Of a stretch of 64,000 nt of DNA, positions 14,333 through 27,061 are shown in pieces. The translations under genes and the position numbers were made by a program. Within the stretch, counting starts at the first letter, position 1; each line of letters begins with the position of its first letter. Source of the DNA: Albugo candida. Its lineage: Eukaryota. The stretch spans positions 124,001 through 188,000 of the forward strand of contig JBDOQK010000031.1 of NCBI GenBank assembly GCA_040437565.1, read 5' to 3'. The notes under the pieces were generated by a model, which saw nothing but the letters and a program-made list of their open reading frames with translations, did not search any database and was not told the DNA's origin.

Positions 14333-15715
14333 TTATTCCGCTTTACGACGAGATAGATAGCGCTTTGTTGCAGCCATGATGATCGGAAAAAGACATCCAA
14401 TTCCCAGTAAAATTGATGCACTCCAAAAAGGTCTACAAAAGAGCGCGTCATTGATCAGAACTCGAGTGACATTAGGGACGTACGAATGCATAGCCCATAT
14501 AAGACTCGTAATGCTAGCGATACATGCGATACTGAAAACAGATAGATGAGCTAGATTATTTGACATAAGAATGCTGGGTACCTCATCGTAACCGTCATAA
14601 TCGGCTGTAGTCCTGGATTATGCTCTGCAGATTCAGAAAAGTAACTCGGAATACGAGAATATATGACATTAAATCCGATGTATGCGATAACGCTTGTGAA
14701 TATGCGTAAAAATCGATTCTTTTTTACCTAAACAAGAATTAATTCGATGAATAAGCACAAATTACTGGGACGACGTACCCTGGTATACAAGTGCTTCTCT
14801 AGCATGCTTTCTGGACTTTTGATGCCAGAATCCAGCAGAAAAATAGACTCGCCAGCTTCAGCACGAAATGGAACGAATCCTGTTCCCGATTGTTGGGCAC
14901 AAATGCTAACAGTAGCAGCCGGTAAAACATGGAATGATATCCTCAGATCACCAACACTTGGCTGTGTCGGTGTGTTTCTCAAAATGTAAAAGTAATCGTT
15001 TTCAGAGTGCGTCATATCATTAAGGGACTTGTGGGCCATTGATACTCCTCGCCTTTGCGTAAATAGACTTTGCATATGGTTGAGATTCTGCTTGTTGAGC
15101 TTGATTCGATCTCGACGCTCCATTTGATCAATCAGTCGGTCATCGATTTCAAAGTCTCCAAGGGCGACAACCTTTGCCTAGGAGGCATAACTTCAATTAG
15201 ATTGCATACCGAAGCGCAAACAATGATAACATAACTCGTATTATTTTGGATTGATACTTCCAAGCCATAGAAGACGGATTAACGTGGAACGTGTCGAGAA
15301 ACATATCGCTATTGATAGCTTCTTCTCGCCATTCCATAGAATAGGTTGCAGACTGCGTCGAGCTCTCCCCAAAGCCATCGTCTTCTACCTGTGCAGAACT
15401 CGTTCTCGTCTCTACCCATTGCATCATCTCCACACTACGAAGCAACCGCACGCCATTTACTGCGATTCCAAAGCTCTCGTCAGCCAGGAGAGGGTATTGA
15501 ATAGTGCCATCTTCAAAGGGTTCTTTCGAATGCAAACGACCATAGCAATGGATCAATTCGCCATTCTTACTCGAATCGTAAGTTGGTGACGACAACGACT
15601 TCACTAATCCGATCGATTCCTCAACGCTTCTAGTGATCCTAACGAGTCCTACTTCCTGATACCCCGTAAACAGTGCGGCTGTGCCGATCAAAAGCGTCCC
15701 AAGTATTATTTGCAT
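14333..15715 (-). CDS. TMEM43/LUMA (DUF1625)-like membrane protein, multi-exon
   Basis: N-terminal TM segment, then NGELIHCYG, LLRSVEMMQWVE and PSVGDLRISF motifs typical of the TMEM43 family, followed by C-terminal TM helices. Three ORF pieces are linked by short GT-AG introns. Confidence 0.8.
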
Positions 15716-15828
15716 ATGATAAGCTGAGCTTTTATTGCATAAGTAGCCAGCTTTTAGGACGATAAGAAATAGAAGCGTTTTGAGACTCTAAGGAATTAAA
15801 ATACATTGAGCTCCGTAAAATGGAGAAA

Positions 15829-17007
15829 TTAGAAATCTGCATCTAAAGTGAAAACTTGCTCCTTTGCAGAGACACCAACACCAGATTTCGCATATTCTCC
15901 AACGCGTTTCTCAAAAAAGTTTGTTTTTCCTTGCAGAGATATCATATCCATCCAGTCAAAGGGATTAGAAGCTTGATATAACTTGCTGACGCCAAGTGCA
16001 TGTAACAATCGATCCGCCACAAACTCGATGTATTGACCCATCAAACTTGAATTCATTCCAATTAGCTCGACTGGAAGTGAATCTCGTACAAATTCTTGTT
16101 CGATGATAACGGCGTCGGAAATGATTGCATGAATAGAGCCTTCTGGAAGCTTATTTACCAGTTTCGAGTACATCAGACATGCAAAGTCACAATGTAGTCC
16201 TTCATCACGACTGATGAGCTCATTTGAAAAGCAAAGTCCAGGCATCAATCCTCGTTTCTTCAGCCAAAATATAGAGCAGAATGATCCGGAGAAAAAGATT
16301 CCTTCGACGGCCGCAAAGGCTACCACTCTTTCTGCAAACGAGGCATACTTTGGATCGCACCATTTCAACGCCCATTGTGCTTTATTGGTAACGCACGGGA
16401 TTGTTTCAATCGCGCACAGTAAATGCTGTTTTTCAGTTGGATCTTTGATGTATGTATCAATCAATAACGAATACACTTCCGAGTGTATATTTTCTATTGC
16501 AATTTGGAATCCGTAAAAGCATCGAGCTTCGGGGATCTGAACCTCACTGCTGAAATTCATGGCGAGATTTTCATTGACAATTCCATCACTGGCTGCAAAG
16601 AAGGCCAACACGTGTTTGATAAAGTGTCTTTCATTGTCCGATATATTAAGCCAGTCATTCATGTCATGCACCAAATCGATTTCTTCTGCGGTCCAAAAGC
16701 TTGCCTCTGCTTTCTTATACATGTCCCAAATCTCAGATTGTTGTATCGGAAATAAGACAAAGCGGTTCGGATTTTCTCGGAGAAAAGGTTCTGGAAGCAA
16801 TTCGCCATTCAATTCTTTTTCTTTGAATGAGGAGATTGAGTTGCTATCGCTTAATTCACCACTTTCCATGTCGAAGTCTCTGAGCGTGTTACTGGACGTC
16901 TTCATGTTCTTTGCCAGAGTGGCGTTGAATCCATCGACAGACATTGGGCTTTTCTCTTGAGTAGCAAGGTTCTTGGCGGGAGTTACTGTTGGTGAAGCGT
17001 TCAGCAT
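15829..17007 (-). CDS. RRM2: Ribonucleoside-diphosphate reductase small subunit (class Ia R2)
   Basis: Intronless 392 aa with [45 protein letters not shown] and C-terminal FTLDADF. Confidence 0.98.
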   Translation of the reverse strand: MLNASPTVTPAKNLATQEKSPMSVDGFNATLAKNMKTSSNTLRDFDMESGELSDSNSISSFKEKELNGELLPEPFLRENPNRFVLFPIQQSEIWDMYKKAEASFWTAEEIDLVHDMNDWLNISDNERHFIKHVLAFFAASDGIVNENLAMNFSSEVQIPEARCFYGFQIAIENIHSEVYSLLIDTYIKDPTEKQHLLCAIETIPCVTNKAQWALKWCDPKYASFAERVVAFAAVEGIFFSGSFCSIFWLKKRGLMPGLCFSNELISRDEGLHCDFACLMYSKLVNKLPEGSIHAIISDAVIIEQEFVRDSLPVELIGMNSSLMGQYIEFVADRLLHALGVSKLYQASNPFDWMDMISLQGKTNFFEKRVGEYAKSGVGVSAKEQVFTLDADF

Positions 17008-17115
17008 ATTGTAAAATCAGGCGGTATGGATTCTTTTTGCTCGTGTAGCAAATTGAAAAATGACACTAAAAGAAGCGCGCATTCTTCACGAGTTACTTAT
17101 TGCCTGGATTGTCGG

Positions 17116-17173
17116 CCAATCAATTTAGCCAAATGCTCTCATTTTATATCAATCAAAACGATTGGCGCGAAAA
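17116..17173. promoter_or_regulatory. Bidirectional promoter with CCAAT boxes and an E2F-consensus site
   Basis: CCAAT at 17116-17120. ATTGG at 17161-17165 overlaps GGCGCGAAAA (TTTTCGCGCC on the minus strand, 17164-17173). Both lie in the ~240-bp gap between divergent genes. Confidence 0.55.
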
Positions 17174-17246
17174 TCATTTTTGTTTCGGTCATTGTCTCAG
17201 AAAAACGTAGTTTAGATTATTACAATCTAGACATGGTTTGAGTCAC

Positions 17247-19819
17247 ATGGAATGGATTCGATGGAGCGATGACGAGCTGTATGTATTACTGCAATTGATC
17301 AAGGAAAATATCGTGGAATATTTATATGGAACGGAATCACTATTTATGAGTACTCTGCATCAGCATTTCGCTACCAAAACTCTTGATGAAATTTGTGCGC
17401 TAGTGCGAGATTTGATGCTGCGATTCAGTGTCGCGCATGCAACGAATCAACTATTTCGGAGTTCAAATATTCAGACATTGAAAAGCATATATATTCCAGG
17501 ATTGGATTCGAAAAGTCCATTGCCGACAAAAACTTGCATGCTCCGATTTTTGTACGAGATCATGACTCATTTGCCAGAAAATCAGTCTCAAATATGGTTG
17601 TTGGATGAGTTACGACGCTTCATCTATAAATTGCGTCAATATCGCCACCTTTTGTCGAAATTACAATCGCAAGATTTGTTCTTTTCCCGCGTGCAAATCT
17701 GGAACAAATCGGTCACGGAAACACGTGAAAAGTTTCTTGCACTCTACCAAATACACCTGAAGCATCAGTGCGGATCAATGCGACAAAGTGAGGCGAACAA
17801 GACTGGTCAGTCTCTGCGACTCGAGGTCCTGAATGAGATATTCCTAGATTATCATGCAAAACAATTGAATCTGATCGATATCACAAATATGTGTACTTCG
17901 GGCTGGTCTTCGGTACAAGTCCAGCATCTCCTTAGTTTTCTTGTTCAAGGTTTCAGACTTCACAATAAATGTGGAATGCCCGAGCTACTCGTACGACTTT
18001 GCGACTTTCTAAGTACCTTTCATCACAGCTTGATGCATTCCGAGAATAACCATTTGGCTGTAGAACAAACTGGGCCTTCCATTTGGAAAAAGCTGCAAAG
18101 TGTACAGAAGGATTTTCAAGATCAGTTAACTAAGACGACATCATTGCGAACAAGTGAGATTTCGATTTATTTTGAGGATCCGATGGCGCAAGTTCGGCAG
18201 ATATTGGTAGCTGGTACGTCTTGAATGATTGCATGCTTGCAGGATTGGGGAGGCAGACCCTGAGCAAGCTCTTTGAATTAGATTGGAATAATGCAAAAGA
18301 TGTACATATGATCGGTATACGCTGTATCCGAAGGCTGTGTACGTACAAGTTGAAATATTGGCCTAAAAGAGATTGATTCTGATATGTAGCGATCATTTAC
18401 ATTTATCGGTATAGGCCTCGAATATTCCACGTCCCGTCGAAAACGTGCTGGCAAAAAAATGGACACTCTTGAAAGTATCACTCAGACTTGGTCTCTTATG
18501 AACACGATAGAAGCCAAGAACTCATCNNNNNNNNNNNNNNNNNNNNNNNNNNNNNNNNNNNNNNNNNNNNNNNNNNNNNNNNNNNNNNNNNNNNNNNNNN
18601 NNNNNNNNNNNNNNNNNNNNNNNNNNCCGAAGGCTGTGTACGTACAAGTTGAAATATTGGCCTAAAAGAGATTGATTCTGATATGTAGCGATCATTTACA
18701 TTTATCGGTATAGGCCTCGAATATTCCACGTCCCGTCGAAAACGTGCTGGCAAAAAAATGGACACTCTTGAAAGTATCACTCAGACTTGGTCTCTTATGA
18801 ACACGATAGAAGCCAAGAACTCATCCTTAAGCCCAATAGACCTCAATTGGCTGACTGCCCCACAACCTGAGCAAGATTACTCAGTATTCATAGATACTAT
18901 CAGCCAAGAGGCTGCTTGGGAATCACACTTGACGTATCGAGTTTGCAAAGCAATGAGTCAGCATATTAATCTTTTTCAATCCCATCGGTATACTGCTTTC
19001 TACAATGAGGTCACCAAGGCCATTCCCGGTAAAGTGCTTTGAAGTCGTTACAACACCTTGCTGACATTATAGTACAGATGTGGAGAAATTTGACTTGATT
19101 CTGAATGGGAATATCATTTTGAGAAAAATCATGACACGTACGTCTCGCTGCTTTGATTGATAGTATTGGAATTTGCAATGTGATATGATTTGTTTAGAGT
19201 ACATAGATTCGGACGAATCCGACATTTCAACTCCGAGCAATCCACAGGTTGTATTAAGAGAAATCGCCGAGTCATTCGTTGATTTGAATCAAGGCGATAC
19301 TATTGGAACTATAGCAAGTAAGCAGGGCTCGCAAGCTGATCAAAATGGCCAATGTGATACGGATGGTAAGTCACACTTTATTGTCCACATGACGCGGACG
19401 AGTGCTTACAATTGAAATTGGAATTTCTTACTTGTGGATTCATTGTAGGTCCGTCTGCAAATCAATGTGATACGTACCTATCTGGCAACCAATTTAGGAA
19501 AATAGAAAAACGAAAACGACTAGGAAGGCTATGCCAATCCCATCAGACTTCCACTATAGGACCTCTGAGACGCCAGCGTAAAAGAAAACTATCACGAAGC
19601 TTGAAAAGATGTGGACCAATCTGCCCAAACGATCTGCCTGGAGATGTATTTGATGGCTTGCCTTGTGTCCAAAAATCGATAACTGCTGAGAATAAATTTC
19701 CAGTGCGAAGTAGGAATCGACGAAAGCACGATGTTTGTCATGAGCAGCAGTGGATGGATCTGGTTGAACCAATGGAAGCAGATGTTATTTTTTTTGGGAC
19801 AATAAATGCCACGCATTGA
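17247..19819 (+). CDS. Hypothetical multi-exon protein with weak Myb/SANT-like W-x3-E helices; spans an assembly gap
   Basis: A ~325-aa first exon is followed by same-strand ORF pieces (18758-19042, 19173-19415, 19412-19819) separated by GT-AG candidates. No family was confidently recognised and the exon structure is uncertain. Confidence 0.55.
18328..18825. repeat. Gap-flanking exact duplication (18328-18526 = 18627-18825), assembly artefact
   Basis: 199 bp repeated on both sides of a 100-N gap. Confidence 0.9.
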
Positions 19820-20172
19820 CAGATATGATGTATTTGGACAAGAAACAAGATTTCGAGCTCACATATAACAATATTGGACAGCAGAGTTATCACAACATAC
19901 GACCTACGACGTGAAAATTGTCCAAGTGGATGCCACACACAAAGTTATCAGCGATGGGTTTCGCTGAAGACAGAGCGACACTATAACACTCTTTGGAGAG
20001 CAGTACATACATACTCGTCATACTGGCGAACAAAGAAAACTCACAATGATCAGAGTATATGACTCGATAGAAAAGGCGCCAGCATTTCCCGTCTTTTGTG
20101 GTCAGGGAATTCGCTTGTCTATTTCTTCTAGCAGCAAGCGCAAAGGACACAGTAGCCTACGTCGCGATCTCC

Positions 20173-20502
20173 ACGTTTTTATTTTCTAAAAGTCCGTAAC
20201 TTATAAATCCATCGAATGTACTATACGAAAGAGAGTGACTTATTGTCTCCCGCGTGTGAGCTCATCTATAGAGTCCACGATGTCATANNNNNNNNNNNNN
20301 NNNNNNNNNNNNNNNNNNNNNNNNNNNNNNNNNNNNNNNNNNNNNNNNNNNNNNNNNNNNNNNNNNNNNNNNNNNNNNNNNNNNNNNACGTTTTTATTTT
20401 CTAAAAGTCCGTAACTTATAAATCCATCGAATGTACTATACGAAAGAGAGTGACTTATTGTCTCCCGCGTGTGAGCTCATCTATAGAGTCCACGATGTCA
20501 TA
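20173..20502. repeat. Gap-flanking exact duplication (20173-20287 = 20388-20502), assembly artefact
   Basis: 115 bp repeated on both sides of a 100-N gap. Confidence 0.9.
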
Positions 20503-20561
20503 ACTACCGCTTACTATCCATCGGAGCGTTGTGACAGTTACCGTCCAGTCATTCTCGGTGC

Positions 20562-22547
20562 ATGGTGGCAGTTACCGCGCCAAATGACACATTGGTGCGC
20601 ATTGCCGCATTACAAGTTGCACAAAATGGTACTCTCATTGAGATACTTGACAATTTAGCGCTTCTATCACTCGAGTCGCGACTTGCAATTTTCTACCAAC
20701 TATCGGATATTCGATTGCGGCAACTCGAATGTGTAGGCACACGTCCAGGCGAAATGTATAACACTCGTATTGGGGAATACAATACGGAGCTTCAGATTAT
20801 GTGGAGCTTAAAACATAAACTCGGGTGGGAGGCACCTCAGAATTATACATTGAAGTATTTGCATTTGATGCGCTATAACGAAGGGGCCATGACAACCTGG
20901 GCAGAATTCACTGACCGCATCCTCGAGATCAAACAGGAGTGGGAATCTAATCAGGCTCTAAGGTACTTTGATCCACGTCGAATCTACTGGGAAAATCATT
21001 TTCGGGACCATGTATCGAGAAGCCATCGAGATAATGCTGCCACTTTGGAGGAATTTATCGATATATTGGATCAGTTATATGAGAACATCGTGTCGCTTGT
21101 CAAATTAAATAGTCGCGACATTGATGAGTACACTGTGGAGCGTATTGTGAGATTGAAAGCTTTACAGAAAATTGAGCTACATCATCCTCCCAAGAGACAT
21201 CGCATTTCGCAGGACTCGGATGAGACAACTATATGGTCACTTTTTCTGCAGCTATTGCAGCGTCAGCGTGTGGTATGCCAACTTGGATTGTATCACGGAA
21301 ATCTACAATCGACACAGCTGCTCGATCTTTCCGAAGCTTTGCGCAGTCGAGTTGACAGATTTGGCCCGGCTGCGGGAATGAATCGTTTTGAGTTGGTTTC
21401 AATAAAACTCACGGATGATCGCTCGGACAAAGCAGCATCTTCTGATTGCTCCACAGAATCTAACGCTGTCGACACGCTTTGTGCAACCATAAAAAAGCTC
21501 GAATATCTTAAAACTCTCAGAATTTCTGGTTCTTTCTTCACAAGCGGATCAACAAGTATGGAACGATCGGCTGCAAAGCTCGTATGCACTGCGTTCCATT
21601 TACCCAAATTGAAATCGTTGTGCTTGGACCATGGTGATTTGGAGGACAACGTCTTTGAAAGAGCACTAAACTCGCTCATTTCGCCAGCGACGCCACCAAT
21701 GATGTGCTCTATCACAAGCATTCATCTTGGGGATAATTCCATCACAGCTCAGACACTAATAACGCTTTGCCAGGTCATTTCTATAGGACAATGGAAGCTG
21801 AAACGTCTAGATCTGCATGGAAGCTTGGGTATCGGGGACGAAGGAATTGATTCCCTTGCCCGCATTCTGGCTAATTCCGATTCATGTTCACTGGAAGATT
21901 TGGATTTGAGTAATTGTAACTTGAGCGTCGATGGAGTTCGAATGCTTTGCACAGCTCTCGAAACAAATCATTCCATGCAACGGATAAACTTGAGCAGTAA
22001 TTTTTTATCTCCGCTATTCGGTGGCTTATTGGCAAACCTTCTTCAGTGCAACACAACTTTGAATACACTTCAGTGTGAATATATCGGATTGACCGATGCT
22101 GGCTGCACTGACGAACTGATTCGTGCATTACAGAACAATTTAGCACTGACTGGAATCACACTGGGCAGCAATCGGTTGGGAGACAATGGTAGTACAAAGG
22201 TATTTGACGCACTGATAAAAAGAAGCTTGAAAAAACCATATTTGAAAATCGACCTCACTGGAAATCTTATAACTTCAGTTGGTTTGAATAAAATGTTGAT
22301 GATGCTTCAACAACAGACACACAATGAAGTCTTGGACCGGAATGCCATATCATCAAACAAGAGGGCTCGTTACAGCTTGTATGGTACCAGATCGAAGTCA
22401 GATGTCGAACCTGACTCAACCCGCCCTCCAAAGATCGAGCAACTCATTTTGCTTGATAATCGCTTTGATACGACAAATTGTGACTTGCGTCAAATGCGTA
22501 AATTTATATATAGCGTGGAAGCTAACGAGTGGACGAGGTCTCAGTAG
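20562..22547 (+). CDS. Leucine-rich repeat protein (ribonuclease-inhibitor-like)
   Basis: Intronless 661 aa. The C-terminal half has RNI-type repeats (LEDLDLSNCNLSVDGV, INLSSNFLS, ITLGSNRLGDNG, IDLTGNLITSVG). An initiator-like TCATTCT lies just upstream of the ATG. Confidence 0.85.
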   Translation: MVAVTAPNDTLVRIAALQVAQNGTLIEILDNLALLSLESRLAIFYQLSDIRLRQLECVGTRPGEMYNTRIGEYNTELQIMWSLKHKLGWEAPQNYTLKYLHLMRYNEGAMTTWAEFTDRILEIKQEWESNQALRYFDPRRIYWENHFRDHVSRSHRDNAATLEEFIDILDQLYENIVSLVKLNSRDIDEYTVERIVRLKALQKIELHHPPKRHRISQDSDETTIWSLFLQLLQRQRVVCQLGLYHGNLQSTQLLDLSEALRSRVDRFGPAAGMNRFELVSIKLTDDRSDKAASSDCSTESNAVDTLCATIKKLEYLKTLRISGSFFTSGSTSMERSAAKLVCTAFHLPKLKSLCLDHGDLEDNVFERALNSLISPATPPMMCSITSIHLGDNSITAQTLITLCQVISIGQWKLKRLDLHGSLGIGDEGIDSLARILANSDSCSLEDLDLSNCNLSVDGVRMLCTALETNHSMQRINLSSNFLSPLFGGLLANLLQCNTTLNTLQCEYIGLTDAGCTDELIRALQNNLALTGITLGSNRLGDNGSTKVFDALIKRSLKKPYLKIDLTGNLITSVGLNKMLMMLQQQTHNEVLDRNAISSNKRARYSLYGTRSKSDVEPDSTRPPKIEQLILLDNRFDTTNCDLRQMRKFIYSVEANEWTRSQ

Positions 22548-23871
22548 AAGCAGCCAAGTAGCGATCAATGCTAGGAAATAACACGTGATTTCGTGTTTGG
22601 GAAGTCACGAGAGATGTTTTAGCGCTGTGAGTATTGTCAGTGATACGTCGATCGGAAAACTGCGAAAAATGACTGAAGCTAAGTCCCTGCAGCTCTGATG
22701 CAACCCAGCTATATTGCAAATTTGCAATCGTGGGAAACAGTCCGAACGCTTTGATTCTTTGTTTTGTGACTATCTGGCAAAGACGACGGAAAGGCCTAAG
22801 AGCACTCATCTTGGGATCGACTGGCCGCTGGAGATAATATATCATCGAGAGGTGGATGTATACTTATAGGACCATCGATCTAAACGACTATATCAGACAT
22901 CTGCGCACTCGTATGAAATGATCATATCATGTATGATCATTGTTCGTATCGTAGAGGACCTAAAGGAAGATCATGCGAGCACAGCTCGTGGAACAGAACC
23001 AAAACTTCAATCACTCTTCCTTCCTCAAGAAAGTGTGGTCGTCGCACATACAAAGCTTGTAATCACAAATGTTGAATTGCAGGAAATGAGTATCCATTTC
23101 TTGGTGAAAGCCGTCACCAACATAAGGTCAACCCACTAGAAGAAAGCATTTACAGCCCGCGCATTTGACTAAGACCGTTTAGTCGGCTATCATCAGACGT
23201 TTGTGGAGACACGAAGTAATTGGTCAGCACAGGCTTTGCCTAAAACATTCGCACAACTTGATCATGTCTGGGCCTTATATTTTACATATACGATCAGCAT
23301 GGCCGCCACCTCAATATATCGCTCCAGCGGAAGCAAAAGTTCTGATCATCTTTCTAGAACCAACGGGAATCCATATGTACACCAAGAATTTCATGGGAAT
23401 GCATTGCCATCTGAGAGTTTGTGCAGATTACGGATGGATTAAAAGTATACAACAAAAGCCTACGCGCCTACCAATGGACAGAACGATGTCAGCACTCAGG
23501 GTCAGATGAATCAGACAATGACACAGAATGGATCAATCAGCTGCAACTTTTCAGCAGATTGAAATTGGGCGCGCAATCACCCAATCGACAAATAATACCA
23601 TTTCATAAGTAGAATTGACAAGCACGTAGCTGATGGAGTCGTCCCATTGTATCACATGACCAATTGTTGTAGACAATTGGTGTCTGGTGATATTGAAGTG
23701 AAAGCAGATGGGTAGGCATGATTGCTTCAATGCAAGCGCTAATCTCAGCAAAAAAGACACAAATGTGATCATAGCCACTTTATTTATGACCATAAACTAA
23801 ACACTTTGTCGCAATCATGTTTAATCACTCGGCTACACAATCTCAGGTGATTCCTGTAGCCATTTGTGGCG

Positions 23872-24009
23872 GAAATGTAATATATTAATANNNNNNNNNN
23901 NNNNNNNNNNNNNNNNNNNNNNNNNNNNNNNNNNNNNNNNNNNNNNNNNNNNNNNNNNNNNNNNNNNNNNNNNNNNNNNNNNNNNNNNNNGAAATGTAAT
24001 ATATTAATA
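23872..24009. repeat. Gap-flanking short overlap (23872-23890 = 23991-24009), assembly artefact
   Basis: 19 bp GAAATGTAATATATTAATA on both sides of a 100-N gap. Confidence 0.8.
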
Positions 24010-24082
24010 TATACTACCAGCCAATCTTTTGTGATCTAATGCTATAAGCGTAGTACGGTACACATCAGCGTGGCTTAGCAAG

Positions 24083-26012
24083 ATGTCGATTGATGACGAT
24101 GAAATGGCATCATTCTTGGGCCCTAAAATGCACATCCGCAACGTATTTTTGACTGGAAATGATCGAACACGGTAAGAAAGTCATATAGTCGAGCTTACCC
24201 TCAATGCTATCTTTTATTCAGCGTAGAGCTTTTCGACCGCGAGCTAGCTGTATTGTTCTATTCTATACTCATTGTGGTGGCACAAATTACATGATTTTTG
24301 TGATATCAGAATGCAATTAACGCAGAGTATATTGGACAAATATTTGGATCTTTGGAGCAATCGCTGAAAGAGCTCACAGCGCTGGATATTTTCACATCGA
24401 TCGACGTGAAACTTGACAAAGGTTTTCACCAGCGCGAGCAATGTTTAAATTGGTTCATTACCTTTTTAAATAGGAAAGGAATGTCAGGATGATGAAGTGG
24501 ATGTCTACATTAATGTGAAAGAGAAAAGCTGGAGAAAGATTAAGATTGGCGCAACTACAGACGGGAGTGAAGAGACCGCGGTAGGATTTCTATTATGTTG
24601 TGAGGGATTTTGGCTAACAACAACGCTTAGGAAACATCGTGTACTCTGACAAATGCATTTGGTAACGCTGAACGACTCACCTTGTCAGCATCATATGGGA
24701 GAACTGGAAGCAATACTGAATCAGCCACCTTGATCCAGCCTCGTTTCATGGATCTTCCACTCACGCTGAGCACTAGTGCTACAAATGAACTTCATGTGCG
24801 AACTTCATTGTAACATTATGGCTGTCATTGTAAATAGCTCATTTTTTTGTCTTGACCAGAGTCATGAAGCATTCAGCTCGTATAGTGAAAAAGTACGCGG
24901 TGCGCTACTTGCTCTTTGCGACGAGTTTGGTAGACACGAATTATCTCTTCATTGCGGATGGCGTGATATTATCCCGAAGCGGGACAAGCTTATTTCGACG
25001 ATATTTCATGCCTCGCCTAGCATCTTGGCCCAAGCACAACCTTCAGTGAAAACGAGCGTGAAATACACTTATCACGATGATGATCGTGATAATCCAATGC
25101 TCCCATGCTACGGGAGCCTACTCCACTGTAGGTGAGTGCCAAACGGTGCAAGTTGATGGGTGACTGACATCTTTCACTCTTGTCATAGTACGGAAATCGC
25201 TGGGCTCTATGGTGACGTCAAATTTGTCAAAACAGAAATTGCAGCGCAGAAGCATAAATCATTTGGGCCGACAATGTATCAGCTTCCTTTGCTTAACTTC
25301 AGCCTTTCATCACGATTCGGTCTTTGTACACGTTACGCAAGCAAACAAGCAATTCTCTCTCACTCTCAACTGGTGCAGGTCTGTTGAAAACAATTGGAGA
25401 TAATGAGCAACAAGATAGTCGTATTAGCGACAGATTCTTCTTGGGCGGTCCTCTTAGCTTGCGTGGATTCCATTTCAAGGTCGGTTGTGAAGTCACTAGT
25501 CAAGCTTCACTGTATTATTCTTTTGAATAGGGAGTCGGGCCTCGAGCATCACCCGCACAAGGTGGAGTTCCATCAGGCGATGCTTTGGGTGGGGATGTAT
25601 TTTACACCGCAAGTGCACATATTGGATTTCCATTTCCGTTTCCAGTGCTTGCTGTAAGCATCATTATATGCTATTTATTCAGAGAATGGTGATTCAGCTC
25701 AAAATCCTGCACAGACGCTAGGATTACGTGGACAGGTTTTTGGAAGCATAGGCAACCTCACTACTTGGGATCGCGTCTTGAACAAGAAACGATGGATGCG
25801 GAATCTTGTTAGCGATACACGCCTTAGCATTGGAATGGGATTGGTGCTACCATCAAGCTTTGGGCGGCTGGAAGCCAGCTACTCGTGGATTGTCAACGCT
25901 CTTCAGCATGTAAGCAAAGGACTTTATTCCTTCATTCTCACATAACAGCACTCTGTACTGAAAGGATAACATACGACGAGGGCAAGTTGGAATCGGAGTG
26001 TCATTTACATAG
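24083..26012 (+). CDS. SAM50: SAM50/Omp85 mitochondrial outer-membrane beta-barrel assembly protein, many short exons
   Basis: Spliced by eye: POTRA-like N-terminus (IRNVFLTGNDRTR, LDIFTSIDVKLD, INVKEK), NAFGNAERL, SDRFFLGGPLSLRGF, GDALGGDVFY, GRLEASYSW and terminal GIGVSFT* (TAG 26010-26012). Confidence 0.9.
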
Positions 26013-26216
26013 ATTAACGAGTACTAAAGTAATACATATGGAAATCTAATTGTGATGCAACAAAAAATACGATACTCATATGTACTCTATGTCTTTGACT
26101 GCTAGCCAAGCTCGAAATCTGTGACTGATAGCAGCCAAGTATATACTATATGTTGAATCCAGAACGATGCGCGTAGACAACGCGGGTGGTCAAAAAGGGT
26201 TGACGCCATCGTGGCA

Positions 26217-26819
26217 TTATGCAATTCCATCGTACATTACCGATGACATCTCATCCAACATGCCAGTAATATTAGTGACAGCCCTCTCCAAAGCATAAAG
26301 ATGCGGATCATTTATCTTCAGCACCCGCATACACTCACACAATCGAAATAAATATTCGATATTAGGTCCACTCAGACCTGATCGAGTAGCAATTTGATGT
26401 GCCATCTCTTCCAGAGTGGACGGTCCTAAGAAGTCAGAATTCCTTGGCGTCGCAATATAAACTAACGCTTTGCGAATTTTACCATCGAGACAATGAACTT
26501 CGACATGCGCCCGATCGTATCCGGCTTGCTCTCGCGTATCGAGGCTTTCCAGCGTCCAATCGATATGTGCATCCGGAACCTTATAGAGTCGGCCCCATGT
26601 AATGCCATCACCTTCCAGCGAAGCGAATTCATCCTGAAACTCTTCCATATCTTTCGCGCTGATTAGAGTGACTACTCGACCAAGAGCTTCAGGAGACCCG
26701 CGATGATCTGGACTTCCCTGCCAGAAACGTCGATGCCATCCTTTAACATATCCGAAAATAGTTTCTTCCGCTGGGAAATCTGTTTTCCAAACGATTGAGC
26801 CGTACCCGAACACCCACAT
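26217..26819 (-). CDS. CHAC: ChaC-family glutathione-specific gamma-glutamylcyclotransferase
   Basis: [54 protein letters not shown]. Confidence 0.95.
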   Translation of the reverse strand: MWVFGYGSIVWKTDFPAEETIFGYVKGWHRRFWQGSPDHRGSPEALGRVVTLISAKDMEEFQDEFASLEGDGITWGRLYKVPDAHIDWTLESLDTREQAGYDRAHVEVHCLDGKIRKALVYIATPRNSDFLGPSTLEEMAHQIATRSGLSGPNIEYLFRLCECMRVLKINDPHLYALERAVTNITGMLDEMSSVMYDGIA

Positions 26820-27061
26820 GCTAAATTGCTGCGTTACAGTTGTTCTTTGAAGGTGTATGGGATCAACAGTGAGTGATGACTATGTTCCAAATTCAAAATA
26901 GAAATGCTTTAGTATTCTTGTTACATTCCTAAATTAGGGCTCTACTGACCAATCACAGGATCAGTGTGATGCGCCGTGATTCCGTGATGTGCAACTTAAT
27001 ATAAAGGTCCTAGCGAATATTATTGCGTACCCACAAGCCCGCGTAGAATCTCTTCTAGATT

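Noticed and set aside
23201-23509. RVCADY peptide resembling a retrotransposon reverse-transcriptase motif
   Set aside because: It is a single short motif, with no YxDD, integrase, gag or LTR evidence nearby.
26873-26948. GTGATGA...CTGA as a possible C/D box snoRNA
   Set aside because: No terminal stem or recognisable guide sequence. The region is better explained as the ChaC core promoter (minus-strand TCACTC initiator-like motif, nearby CCAAT).
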